A stretch of DNA of 64,000 bases from a bacterium (GCA_963693055.1 OY843751.1:6336001-6400000), one strand, 5' to 3'. Positions 51,673 to 61,125 are shown, counted from the stretch's first letter. Made by a program: numbers and translations. Notes: a model not told the origin generated them from the letters alone.

Positions 51673-52593
51673 TTAACGTAACAACACCATTTTTTTTGTT
51701 AGTATTTGGTCTCTGGATTTTAATTGATAAAAATAGACACCCGCGGCCAGATCTCCTGTATTCAAGAGTATTTCATGGTACCCTGCATGTTGTTGTTCAT
51801 AAACGAGCGTGCGTACCTGGCGTCCCAGCGTGTCATATATGATGAGGGATACTAGAGCAGTCTGATCCAGATTATAACTGATCTTGGTTGAAGGATTGAA
51901 GGGATTGGGATAGTTCTGGCTCAATGAAAAACCACCAGGTGCAGAGGACTCGTTTTGTACATAGGTTGGCAGTTTGTTTCCATATTCAACATTATTGATT
52001 CTGGCATATTTTAATGTTTGATATGTTTGCGCGATTTCACCGCCAAAAGTAAAGCGAACCAAACCAATGCCTTTTGCCAAACTGTAATTAAATCCGGGAA
52101 TAAAGCTGATGCATGTAAAATATTTTGTTTGAAATGTTTGATTAAACAAGGTGTCCGAGATTAAATGTTGACATAATACTTCATTTTCGCTTGCATCGGA
52201 TGGATAATTTCGTAAAGTAGCAACCGTATCACCCAATTGAATGCTCAGACTGTCGATTTTGTATTCGTTGTCAATGAATTCATATTTGCTGCAATATCGA
52301 AAGACATCACCTGTTAACGTGTCCACCCGTTCGAAATAGTATGTTGTCTCTAACGTATCTGGGATGTATTGTTTTTGCAGAATTTTGTAGCTCTTGCCGT
52401 TTTCCAGCAATGTATCGCCGGTCACCTCGAGGCAAAAATAACGCTGCCAATAGATATGGTTCCACTCACTGGCAATTTCCGTATACTCCCAATAGTTTCC
52501 GGTATGTAATGGATAATAAGCCAGTACAGAGTCAGGCACCTGTGCAATTACAGGTAACGAAATAATTAATATTAAGAGAAAACCTTTTTTCAT
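51673..52593 (-). CDS. Secreted protein with T9SS-type CTD
   Basis: YYPL.TGNYWEY, LAKGIGLV, QNYPNPFNP..GVYFY. Confidence 0.85.
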   Translation of the reverse strand: MKKGFLLILIISLPVIAQVPDSVLAYYPLHTGNYWEYTEIASEWNHIYWQRYFCLEVTGDTLLENGKSYKILQKQYIPDTLETTYYFERVDTLTGDVFRYCSKYEFIDNEYKIDSLSIQLGDTVATLRNYPSDASENEVLCQHLISDTLFNQTFQTKYFTCISFIPGFNYSLAKGIGLVRFTFGGEIAQTYQTLKYARINNVEYGNKLPTYVQNESSAPGGFSLSQNYPNPFNPSTKISYNLDQTALVSLIIYDTLGRQVRTLVYEQQHAGYHEILLNTGDLAAGVYFYQLKSRDQILTKKMVLLR

Positions 52594-52647
52594 GGACCCC
52601 CCTCCAAATGTTTAAGAAAAGCATAATCAAATGTAGGGGAAAATATT

Positions 52648-53016
52648 TTATTTTTCAACAGATTCTATTACATCTGTCAAATCCCCAAGGGTGACCGGTT
52701 TTACCAGGTAGCTGAGCGGGTTTAATTTTTGCGCGCGCTGTCTTGAGGACTTGTCATCGTATCCTGACATGAAAATGATGGGAAGATTTTGTGATGTTTT
52801 GATTTGTTCAGCGGCTTCAATGCCGTCTATGTTTCCAGCCAAACGAATATCCATCAGAATTAAATCGGGTTTGTTGCTTTCTGCAAAAGAAACCGCCTGT
52901 TCACCGGTAGACAAAATGTTGCATACTTTATATCCGGCTCTTTCAAGTTCAAGGCGCAGACTCATTGCAGTAAACGCCTCGTCTTCAACAATCAGGATGT
53001 TAGGAATAGCACTCAT
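52648..53016 (-). CDS. Single-domain response regulator
   Basis: ILIVEDE, DLILMDI, DGIE, YLVKP. Confidence 0.95.
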   Translation of the reverse strand: MSAIPNILIVEDEAFTAMSLRLELERAGYKVCNILSTGEQAVSFAESNKPDLILMDIRLAGNIDGIEAAEQIKTSQNLPIIFMSGYDDKSSRQRAQKLNPLSYLVKPVTLGDLTDVIESVEK

Positions 53017-53017
53017 G

Positions 53018-54919
53018 TTAAACCCTCGCTATATTATTTTCATCATTGAATATAATATGACAGGTTGTTCCATTGTCTGAACTGAATTGGATTTTGCCTT
53101 TGAGTTGATGTTCAGTAATTGTGATAATGGTTTGTAAGCCTAAAGATTTTTGTGTTCTAAAATTAAAGTTCTGTGGAACACCAATGCCATTGTCCATAAA
53201 GAATAATTCAACAGCGCCATCATTGTTAGTGAAAAGTTTTATGGTAATGGTTCCCGTTGTTTTATCGGGAAAGGCGTGTTTGAGTGTATTAGACAAGAGT
53301 TCATTTACAATCAAACCACAGGGAATAGCTGTATCGATCAGAACAATAACATCCTCCAATTGCAAATCCAATTGGATATTTATATGAGGTGAATGAAAGC
53401 TTTGGACGACGAGGTCTGTGAGTTCCTGAAAATATTCTGCCAGATTGATTTTTGACAGATCTTTGGATTGATACAACTTTTGATGTACCAGAGCCATTGC
53501 CTGAATTTTATTTTCAGTATCTTGAAAAATAGATTCCAGTTCTTCGTTTTGTGAATAGGCCCTTTGTAAAGAAATGATGGAACGTATAACCTGCATGTTG
53601 TTTTTTGTTCGATGATAGAGCTCGCGTAACAGGGTCTCTTTTTCTTTTAGTGCGGATTTTATCTGTTCTTCTGCTTGTTTGCGTTCGGTTATATCTTCCT
53701 GAACAATGATACCAATTGTACCATGGAGTGAGTGATTAAATGCAGAAATTTTCGTTTGTGCCCAGAATTGAGAACCGTCTTTTCGAATACTGAGCAATAC
53801 ATCTTCCCATTCTCCCACAGATAAAAGCTTTTGATTAATTTCAAGAGCGATTTCTTTTGGTGTTTTATTTTGATTTGAAGCGATAATTGTGCAAAATCCT
53901 TGATCTACCAATTCAGATTTTTGATAACCATACATTTTTTCGGATGCGGTGTTCATGTATAAAAATGTATTATCCTGGGTTTTTATAATATGAACACCTT
54001 CAAGCATATTGTCTAATGCCTGTTTATGGAGAAGGAGATCTTCCTGGGCTAAATGTAGTTCGTGTATCTTTAGTTTTAATTCTGAATTGGCTTTTTCTAA
54101 TTCAATAGTACGGTGGAATATTTTATCTTCAAGGTCTTTATGAGAAACTTGAAGTTTTTCGGTCATTTGGTTAAAGGCGGTTGCAAGCAATCCGGTTTCA
54201 TCTTTGGATTGAATGTCTATTCTTTTTTTCAGGTTACCGGAACTGATCTCCATAACCGCATTCATCAAAGTGGTTAATGGTTGGGTTATGCTAAATGTGA
54301 GCAGCACAACGAAAAGAGAGCCGGCAAGCAAAACAAGTATAGCCAGTGTATAGGTAATGCTTAATGAATGGGATCTTCTTACCAACGCTTCATTGTAAAA
54401 TGAAAATGCTTTGTTTTGGGCAAAGTTATTCAGGTCCTGCATGGCGGATTCCAGTTTGAAAACGTGTTGAGCGCCTTTATGTTTAGTGATCATGGCGGCT
54501 TGCTGATTTTTACCCTGATCCATCAAAGTGATTACAGAATCTCGGATAGGTTTCCATTGGGTAAACAGATCTCGGGCATGTAAATACATTGTACTATCGC
54601 CCAGAAATCGCTCCTGAATGATTTCAAAATCTTTATAAACCATGGATTCATATTGATTGACCAGGTTTACAGCCTGGTCAATTTCTGTCTGGTTTTGCGA
54701 CAATGCAACATCTTTCATAGAACGATGAATGCGGGTGATATTGTATTCAATTCTAAGAACAGCATTGCTTACAGTTAATGGATGTTTGTACATAAGACTG
54801 GTAAGATTGGATAGCACACCCATTTGATGTACGGTAAAGAAATAGACAAAAATAAACAAAAGCAGGATAATAATAAATCCCAACCCAATGCGTAAACCAA
54901 TGTTGATATTTTTAAACAT
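53018..54919 (-). CDS. Sensor histidine kinase (four-helix bundle-HAMP-PAS-HisKA_2-HATPase)
   Basis: Two TM helices, DETG.LA.AFN.M, ELYHRTKNNMQ, DNGIG, SLGL. Confidence 0.92.
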   Translation of the reverse strand: MFKNINIGLRIGLGFIIILLLFIFVYFFTVHQMGVLSNLTSLMYKHPLTVSNAVLRIEYNITRIHRSMKDVALSQNQTEIDQAVNLVNQYESMVYKDFEIIQERFLGDSTMYLHARDLFTQWKPIRDSVITLMDQGKNQQAAMITKHKGAQHVFKLESAMQDLNNFAQNKAFSFYNEALVRRSHSLSITYTLAILVLLAGSLFVVLLTFSITQPLTTLMNAVMEISSGNLKKRIDIQSKDETGLLATAFNQMTEKLQVSHKDLEDKIFHRTIELEKANSELKLKIHELHLAQEDLLLHKQALDNMLEGVHIIKTQDNTFLYMNTASEKMYGYQKSELVDQGFCTIIASNQNKTPKEIALEINQKLLSVGEWEDVLLSIRKDGSQFWAQTKISAFNHSLHGTIGIIVQEDITERKQAEEQIKSALKEKETLLRELYHRTKNNMQVIRSIISLQRAYSQNEELESIFQDTENKIQAMALVHQKLYQSKDLSKINLAEYFQELTDLVVQSFHSPHINIQLDLQLEDVIVLIDTAIPCGLIVNELLSNTLKHAFPDKTTGTITIKLFTNNDGAVELFFMDNGIGVPQNFNFRTQKSLGLQTIITITEHQLKGKIQFSSDNGTTCHIIFNDENNIARV

Positions 54920-55038
54920 TTAAATGATTTGTCCCTGTGGTGAAAAGAGTCTATGTCATACAACAAATCTTTGTATCAATTATTTCAATAATTTTTATTT
55001 TAGGCAATTAAAAGCGAAAAAATAGGAAAAAATTATCT

Positions 55039-56586
55039 TTATGCTGGAAAAGTATCAGAAATGTTTTTCCATTGGACATTGATTTTGCCGCAGGCATATT
55101 CCATCTCGCGTGTATAGTCTCCACAAGCCATCATCCAGTGAAAGCCGCGGTGGTCTGCTAACAGCTTTTTCCAGTTGCCATCAATTTTAATATCGTATTG
55201 TGAACGGCAAATGTCATAGAATGGATTTTCTTCAATTGTCCCTGTGAATCCCAACCACTCTTTTTGTCCGCTGTCAGGGCATACCATGGTTATAGGGGTG
55301 CCAATTGGCAATTCTACTTTTGGGGTAGCGCCGTAATCGGATTCGAAATGGGTAACCACTTTGGCTAACGCATAGTTTTTGCCATCCATACGTCTGGGTG
55401 CAGTACAATGCGCTGCTGTGACCATACCATGATGCGGGTAGGTGGGATCGTTTAAAAAGACCGGTTTGCCTGCCAGATAATACAATAAAACTCCGGAGGG
55501 TATTACGTTAAAATCTGATTCGCAAAATGCCATTGCGCCTTCGTCATTGAGCAGGCTGAGCGGTAGACAGGCTGTTGTTTCTGCCATGGGTATGACGGTA
55601 CCCATGCAGCTTTTTATTGTAAACGCGTTTGCATTGTGCTCCTCCAGCAAATCCTTGAAAATAGAGTAAAGCACAAATGCGTTCACAATAAATTGTTTTT
55701 CTGTATGCAAAGTTGTATCTAACATGCTCAGATACGTATTTGTCCATTTTTCAGCTTTGCCCAACAAAGATTTGTTGGTTCTGGCGGATTGGATCCGTTT
55801 TGCCAGATCCTCATATTCTACGGTGTGAATATTGAAATTAAATTTTTCCTGAGATACGGAAGGAGCCAGAGGACAGCACCAACCGCCGCTGCCACCCAGG
55901 GCAACAACTGTTTGTCCCATAAAATTTTTAACAGCATATAATCCGCGGAGTTTATAAAATAATTCATCATAATCGTCTACAACAATGTCATGAATGTCCA
56001 TACCCGCGGGATTTCGGTATTCGTCAAGTTCAAATTCTTTACCACCCTTGCGTAGGAACCGATTGTGGATGATCTCGTACCAGAGATAAACAGGACCGGA
56101 ACGATGTCTGATGAATATAAGGTTATTTCGTTTCTCGGAGACTATGGCTTCAAGCATGCTGGTATCACCGGCTGCAGCATATACTATGGGAACATCATAG
56201 TCATTTGATTTTTCAAACGCTATTGCTTTTTCAAGCGAATTGACTTTGATCAGTGGAAGAATTTCAAGAGCATCTGACTTTTTTTCAAGTTCGTTGAGTT
56301 CTTTGATAATTCGAGTTGCTTCAATTGCCACATCTTTTTCGGTGTGCAAACCTCCCCATGGACGCCATGAAACCTGGGGTTTTCGGGTTGAAATGGAATA
56401 GAGCAAAACCGGTTGCACACGTAATTTTTGAGCGTTAACCTGGAATGGTTTTTCGGGATCCCATTCATGGAGTGTACTGCCTGCGGACAGTGAGGGCGCT
56501 ATCATACCGGCTGCGGCTAATCCCATAGCGGAAAGCCCCATAAAATCCCTACGATTGATTTTAAATTGATTGCATTCACAACACAT
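55039..56586 (-). CDS. Tat-signal L-fucose/L-arabinose isomerase-like protein
   Basis: NRRDFMG Tat motif; CMG..TACL.LS.LND.G.AFCESD, AHC, THFES, CRSQ, FHW. Confidence 0.75.
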   Translation of the reverse strand: MCCECNQFKINRRDFMGLSAMGLAAAGMIAPSLSAGSTLHEWDPEKPFQVNAQKLRVQPVLLYSISTRKPQVSWRPWGGLHTEKDVAIEATRIIKELNELEKKSDALEILPLIKVNSLEKAIAFEKSNDYDVPIVYAAAGDTSMLEAIVSEKRNNLIFIRHRSGPVYLWYEIIHNRFLRKGGKEFELDEYRNPAGMDIHDIVVDDYDELFYKLRGLYAVKNFMGQTVVALGGSGGWCCPLAPSVSQEKFNFNIHTVEYEDLAKRIQSARTNKSLLGKAEKWTNTYLSMLDTTLHTEKQFIVNAFVLYSIFKDLLEEHNANAFTIKSCMGTVIPMAETTACLPLSLLNDEGAMAFCESDFNVIPSGVLLYYLAGKPVFLNDPTYPHHGMVTAAHCTAPRRMDGKNYALAKVVTHFESDYGATPKVELPIGTPITMVCPDSGQKEWLGFTGTIEENPFYDICRSQYDIKIDGNWKKLLADHRGFHWMMACGDYTREMEYACGKINVQWKNISDTFPA

Positions 56587-56772
56587 TGCTATCTCCCTGA
56601 TTGTATATGAATTGATTAAATTAAATCAAAATAATAGTTCAGGACCGGGGTCAAGTGCGTGCAGGGATATGTCTGGAGAGTGGTCCTTTTGAATAATATT
56701 CATCATTCAATAGATATGCAAGTAAATAATTTTATGATCAAGTTTGGAGCAGTTTTGATTCTATATTTGAGA

Positions 56773-57471
56773 TTATTTGATTATATCTTTGTAATGTTTT
56801 TCAATGCAATCGGGACATAATCCATGACTAAATTTAGTATCGGTATGTTTTGAAAAATAAGCTTCTACTGTTTCCCAATAGCCTTTATCGTCTTTAATTT
56901 TTTTGCAGTAAGAGCAGATGGGGGTAATTTCTCTTAATGATTGGATTTCGGTAAGATACTCTGCGAGGTTTTTATTTTTAACACCCAGTTCATGATTCAT
57001 GAACAGTAATAACAAATTTGTTTCAAGTATCTCGCGGAATTTTATCATCAATTGCTCAATTGTATTCGAATACGAGTTGGCTTTATTATCCAAAACACAA
57101 AGTGTTCCGAAAATCATACCGTTGGGCCAATAAACTGGAAACCCTAGGTATGAGATCATGTTGTGTTTAATATCCGGGTTGTTTTTCCATTTTTCATCCA
57201 AAAGGGCGTTGGGTATAAGCAGTTTGTTTCTGTTTTTGATTACTGTTTCGCAATACAAGCCTGAACTTTCCAGCGGTTCTCTTTCACCCGGTTCGTAAGG
57301 ATTGTTTTTACTCTTGCTGGACATGAAAACTTTGAGATCTTTACCAACGATTCTCATAACCAGTGCTGCGGGTATGTCTAAGATTTCGGCAAGTATGTCT
57401 ACAATGCTTTGCCAGCGCTCAATAATGTCTTGAGATATTTCTATGTTTGTGAGAGATGGATGCCTTTTCAA
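56773..57471 (-). CDS. GAF-domain protein with C-terminal Cys/His zinc-ribbon
   Basis: YCE.VI, YLGFP.WP.G..FGTLCVLD; PICSYCKKI..FSHGLCPDC. Confidence 0.85.
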   Translation of the reverse strand: MKRHPSLTNIEISQDIIERWQSIVDILAEILDIPAALVMRIVGKDLKVFMSSKSKNNPYEPGEREPLESSGLYCETVIKNRNKLLIPNALLDEKWKNNPDIKHNMISYLGFPVYWPNGMIFGTLCVLDNKANSYSNTIEQLMIKFREILETNLLLLFMNHELGVKNKNLAEYLTEIQSLREITPICSYCKKIKDDKGYWETVEAYFSKHTDTKFSHGLCPDCIEKHYKDIIK

Positions 57472-57507
57472 AACAGACCCACTTTTTAAAAGAGTTGATT
57501 AATGTTT

Positions 57508-58212
57508 TTATTGTTTTATTAATTGTATAGCCGTTTCAGCAAAAGCTTTACCCAGCTGTTTATAACCTTCCAATGTATAGTGAATGTCATTTTCAGGACC
57601 GTTAAACTCGTCTGTGTCTACCCATTGCCAGTGGAAATTCTCGCTGGCTGTTTTTTCCTGGGCTTCCCGGACCAGGATCTAGTGTGGATATTTGCTGTTT
57701 TCCATATCAAAATCACTCAAACGCCCAATTACAACGTTAATGTCAGTACGCTCCAAGTCCGTTTCCAACTGTTTGATTAATCCTTTTAGGCTTGAAGCAT
57801 AGACCTCTCCATGACCTTCTCGAGCATCACGTTCACCCTGCATCCATAAAAATGTGATGGAAACGGGTTTAATATTATTGATTTTTTCATTGATCTTGAC
57901 CAAGAGGCTGTCGTACAAATCACCTGTTGCAACCGGTATTTGTTCGCCGGAAGTAAACCGGTTAGGATGGGGCTCCCAGTTTTTATACCATCTTCGTATG
58001 GGTTGTCCTGCCAGTGCGTCTTTGATTACAATGACAGATTCGGGCTTGAGGGCATTTTTTACTGCAGGAGTAAATGATAGATCCGGGTCAAGTCTTGCCA
58101 TGTTGGACTGACCGGAAAGTATAAAAACATGCGTTTTTTGTGTAGGGTCTGCGCATTGTAAAATGGAAAGGCAAAAAATACTTGTGATCAGAAGTTTAGA
58201 AAAATACATCAT
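57508..58212 (-). pseudogene. Sialate O-acetylesterase (SASA/SGNH) lipoprotein interrupted by in-frame TAG at 57679-81
   Basis: SGQSNM, WMQGE; after the TAG the frame continues ILVREAQ..WVDTDEFNG..DIHYT.EGY..LG..FA to TAA at 57508. Confidence 0.8.
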
Positions 58213-58250
58213 TTACTCGATATTAAGTGTATTGGATGTGGTAATGAATT

Positions 58251-58964
58251 TTAATGGTCTTTTAAAGGATTCCATTCTTTCCAGACATTGCCTACCAATG
58301 CAGGACCTGGTTTTAGCACTTTTTTACCTGGTGTCCAACCCGCTGGGCAAACTTCCGCACCCTTGGTTGAACGAACATGTTGATAGGCTTGAATTTGTCT
58401 GATGGTTTCAGAAAGCTGTCGGCCAACCGGTGGTGTAAGCACTTCCATTGCCTGAATTACACCATCCGGATCTATAATGAAACGTCCCCGTAATTCAACA
58501 CCAGCTACCGGATCGTAAACACCATAAACGGTTCCTACGTTACCGGGGCCATCAGAGGCCATATGAAAGGGTACATCTCTTCCAGCCATTTTTGCAAGTT
58601 CTTGATCATTCCAAACTTTGTGTACAAATTGACTGTCTACACTTACTGATATAACTTCAACGCCTAATTCTTGTAATTTATCATAATTGGCAGCGACCGC
58701 TGACACTTCGGTCGCTCAAACAAAGGTGAAATCACCCGGGTAAAAACAAACCATTACCCATTTACCTAAGAAATCGGACAATTTTACAGTCGTAAATTTG
58801 CCGCGATAATAAGCTGGTGCCTCAAAATCGGGGGCTTTGGCGCCCACTTTGGCAGTAACCATTGTTGACTCCTTTTCAATTTTAGTTTCTGTTTTTGTTT
58901 CACTGGCCGGCTCGCCAACAGATGCGCCGGTTGGTCTGGCACAGCCTGCTTGTTTTTCTGACAT
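58251..58964 (-). CDS. prxU: Selenocysteine-containing AhpC-type peroxiredoxin (track ORFs 58716-58964 and 58251-58706 joined through UGA)
   Basis: [15 protein letters not shown] places UGA at the peroxidatic Cys; same frame continues to [10 protein letters not shown] and EVCPAGW (resolving Cys); hairpin directly 3' of the UGA. Confidence 0.92.
58692..58716 (-). promoter_or_regulatory. SECIS-like stem-loop following the Sec UGA
   Basis: mRNA UG-AGCGACCG-aagugucag-CGGUCGCU, an 8-bp stem. Confidence 0.6.
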
Positions 58965-59022
58965 TTTATAGCTCCTTTCAAGATTACCACATCCAATACA
59001 AAGAGATATTTTTGTCTATTTA

Positions 59023-59051
59023 ATGATATAAAAGAAGTGATTACAAAGCAA
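59023..59051 (-). promoter_or_regulatory. Candidate sigma70 promoter for prxU
   Basis: TTGCTT-N17-TATCAT on the minus strand. Confidence 0.5.
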
Positions 59052-59080
59052 GTAAAAATGATTGAAAAATTATTTTTGGG

Positions 59081-59109
59081 TTGACAGATGGAGTAAAATG
59101 TGTTATATT
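59081..59109 (+). promoter_or_regulatory. Sigma70 promoter for the fur-like gene
   Basis: TTGACA-N17-TATATT. Confidence 0.75.
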
Positions 59110-59128
59110 GATAATGGAAATCATTTTC
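59110..59128 (+). promoter_or_regulatory. Fur box 1
   Basis: GATAATGGAAATCATTTTC, 16/19 match to GATAATGATAATCATTATC, adjoining the -10 element. Confidence 0.75.
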
Positions 59129-59157
59129 AATAAGGATTATAAAATTTAGGTGATATT

Positions 59158-59619
59158 ATGAGAAACAGAGGGCCCTGGTGGCAAAAACGATTAGATGACT
59201 TTGGCTTTCGTTCAACAATGCCCCGTAAGGTGATAATGGATATTTTAAGACAAACAATGGACCATTTGAGCGCAGAAGATATCTATCTAAAAGCGGTAAA
59301 TATGAATCCTTCCATAGGATTAACCACGGTATATCGTACTCTGGATTTGTTTTACCAGATTGGAGTTGTGCAGAGATTTGATTTTGGTGATGGTAAAGCC
59401 CGATACGAGTTGATCAGCAATCCGAATAAAAAAGAGCATCACCATCATCTTGTTTGTGTAAAATGTAGAAATATTATTGATTATAGCGATTTTGTTCATG
59501 AAGAACAAGAGTTGATGGATAAAACAGAACAGGGTTTATCACAAAAGCACGACTTTGATATATTTCATCATATCATACATTTTTATGGAATTTGTAAGGA
59601 ATGTAAAGAAATAGAATAA
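59158..59619 (+). CDS. Fur-family transcriptional repressor
   Basis: HLSAEDIY, GLTTVYRTL, ARYE, HHHHLVCVKC, GICKEC. Confidence 0.95.
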   Translation: MRNRGPWWQKRLDDFGFRSTMPRKVIMDILRQTMDHLSAEDIYLKAVNMNPSIGLTTVYRTLDLFYQIGVVQRFDFGDGKARYELISNPNKKEHHHHLVCVKCRNIIDYSDFVHEEQELMDKTEQGLSQKHDFDIFHHIIHFYGICKECKEIE

Positions 59620-59638
59620 AAAAATTTTTACCATTATT

Positions 59639-59657
59639 GATAATGATTGTCATTTTT
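59639..59657 (+). promoter_or_regulatory. Fur box 2
   Basis: GATAATGATTGTCATTTTT, 15/19 match, upstream of the DUF5320-like gene. Confidence 0.65.
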
Positions 59658-59691
59658 AATAAACCCAAATAATTGAAAGGAGGTGAATGAT

Positions 59692-60051
59692 ATGCCTTTT
59701 GGAGATAAAACAGGACCTGCCGGAATGGGACCCATGACTGGTAGAGGAGCCGGTTATTGTACAGGATCTTCTTCACCCGGCTATTCGAAATTCGGTGGAA
59801 GACGAGGCGGCGGCATGGGTATGGGCCGCGGTGGTGGTAGAGGTCATCGAAACATGTATTATGCAACCGGCCAAACCGGCTGGCAGCGAACCGGCTATAA
59901 TACCGGAATGGAGAATACTCAGGCAGCACCAGAGAAAATGGATCCTGATATTGAGCTTGAAATGTTGACAAGCCAGACAGCATCTCTCGAGAAAACGCTT
60001 AAAAGTATTAACAAGCGTATTAACGAGTTAAAAGAAAACAAACAGGATTAA
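59692..60051 (+). CDS. DUF5320-like Gly/Arg-rich protein
   Basis: MP.GD.TGP.GMGPMTGRGAGYC, GRGGGRG, C-terminal coiled coil; AAGGAGG RBS. Confidence 0.85.
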   Translation: MPFGDKTGPAGMGPMTGRGAGYCTGSSSPGYSKFGGRRGGGMGMGRGGGRGHRNMYYATGQTGWQRTGYNTGMENTQAAPEKMDPDIELEMLTSQTASLEKTLKSINKRINELKENKQD

Positions 60052-60061
60052 GAATAATCCT

Positions 60062-60096
60062 TCTCTGTCGGTAAAAAATTGTTTTACCGACAGAGA
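60062..60096 (+). terminator. 15-bp perfect hairpin between the DUF5320-like and radical SAM genes
   Basis: TCTCTGTCGGTAAAA-aattg-TTTTACCGACAGAGA. Confidence 0.6.
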
Positions 60097-60115
60097 TAAA
60101 TTTTTAAAAATTGTT

Positions 60116-61048
60116 ATGACTATGACATCACATATATTTGGTCCTGTGCCTTCCAGAAGATTGGGTAAATCTTTGGGCATCGATATGGTTCCCTACAAGA
60201 TCTGTTCATTTGATTGTATTTATTGTCAATTAGGCCGAACCACATTTAAGACCATGGAGAGAAAAGCATATATACCCATTGCGTCCATTCTAGAAGAATT
60301 AAAATCTGTATTAAAGCAAAAGAATGATATTGACTATATTACCTTGTCGGGATCAGGAGAACCAACACTGAATGTTGGTATTTCAGAAATGATTACCGGA
60401 ATTAAAAAATTAACATCCATTCCGGTTGCAGTGATCACAAATGGTTCATTGTTGTGGGACAAACAGGTTAGAAGCGAGTTGATGGACGCAGATCTTGTAA
60501 TACCTTCTTTGGATGCGGGGGATGAAGAGCTGTTTCAATTTGTGAACAGGCCCTGTGCTGCCTTGAACTTGAATAAACTGGTAGATGGGCTTTTGACGTT
60601 TTCTCAAGAGTATACACATGCACTCTGGTTGGAGGTTTTATTATTGGGGGGTGTATCTGCCGTGCCTGAGAAAGTTGATAAAATTGCTACTATTTGTAAG
60701 AAAATAAAACACACTAAAATACAGATTAATACCGCCACAAGGCCTGGAGCAGAATCTTTTGCACTGGTTGTTGATACTGACCAATTAAAAGCGTTTGCGG
60801 CTCTTTTCCCGGGTAATGTTGAGGTTATTGGCTCTTTTTCATCCAAAAAAATGACTAATGAACAGCAGCATACTCTCATAGATGTATTGACCTTGCTGGA
60901 AAGAAGACCCTGTACACTGGAAGAAATATCCACTTGTTTGAGTTTACATCCCAATCATGTGATTAAATATATAACTGAATTGACAGTGTCCTGTAAAATT
61001 GAAAAAATTTACAAAAACGGTATCACTTATTTTAGAAAACGATCCTAG
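60116..61048 (+). CDS. Radical SAM Fe-S oxidoreductase with C-terminal wHTH
   Basis: FGPVPSRRLGKSLGID, CSFDCIYCQLG, GSGEPTL, TNGSLL, PSLDA. Confidence 0.92.
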   Translation: MTMTSHIFGPVPSRRLGKSLGIDMVPYKICSFDCIYCQLGRTTFKTMERKAYIPIASILEELKSVLKQKNDIDYITLSGSGEPTLNVGISEMITGIKKLTSIPVAVITNGSLLWDKQVRSELMDADLVIPSLDAGDEELFQFVNRPCAALNLNKLVDGLLTFSQEYTHALWLEVLLLGGVSAVPEKVDKIATICKKIKHTKIQINTATRPGAESFALVVDTDQLKAFAALFPGNVEVIGSFSSKKMTNEQQHTLIDVLTLLERRPCTLEEISTCLSLHPNHVIKYITELTVSCKIEKIYKNGITYFRKRS

Positions 61049-61125
61049 TTGTGAATTAATATGGGGAATTTCCTACAATTGCTTTTTTGTTAATCTATCT
61101 ATGTATAATTAATGGGAGTAATTGT

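Noticed and set aside
56641-56690. AGGACC..GGTCCT-bounded GC-rich patch upstream of the isomerase-like gene as a riboswitch
   Set aside because: Only a 6-bp closing stem and no recognisable aptamer consensus.
59790-59850. GGC/GGT-rich low-complexity tract as a DNA repeat
   Set aside because: Explained by the Gly/Arg-rich coding sequence of the DUF5320-like protein.
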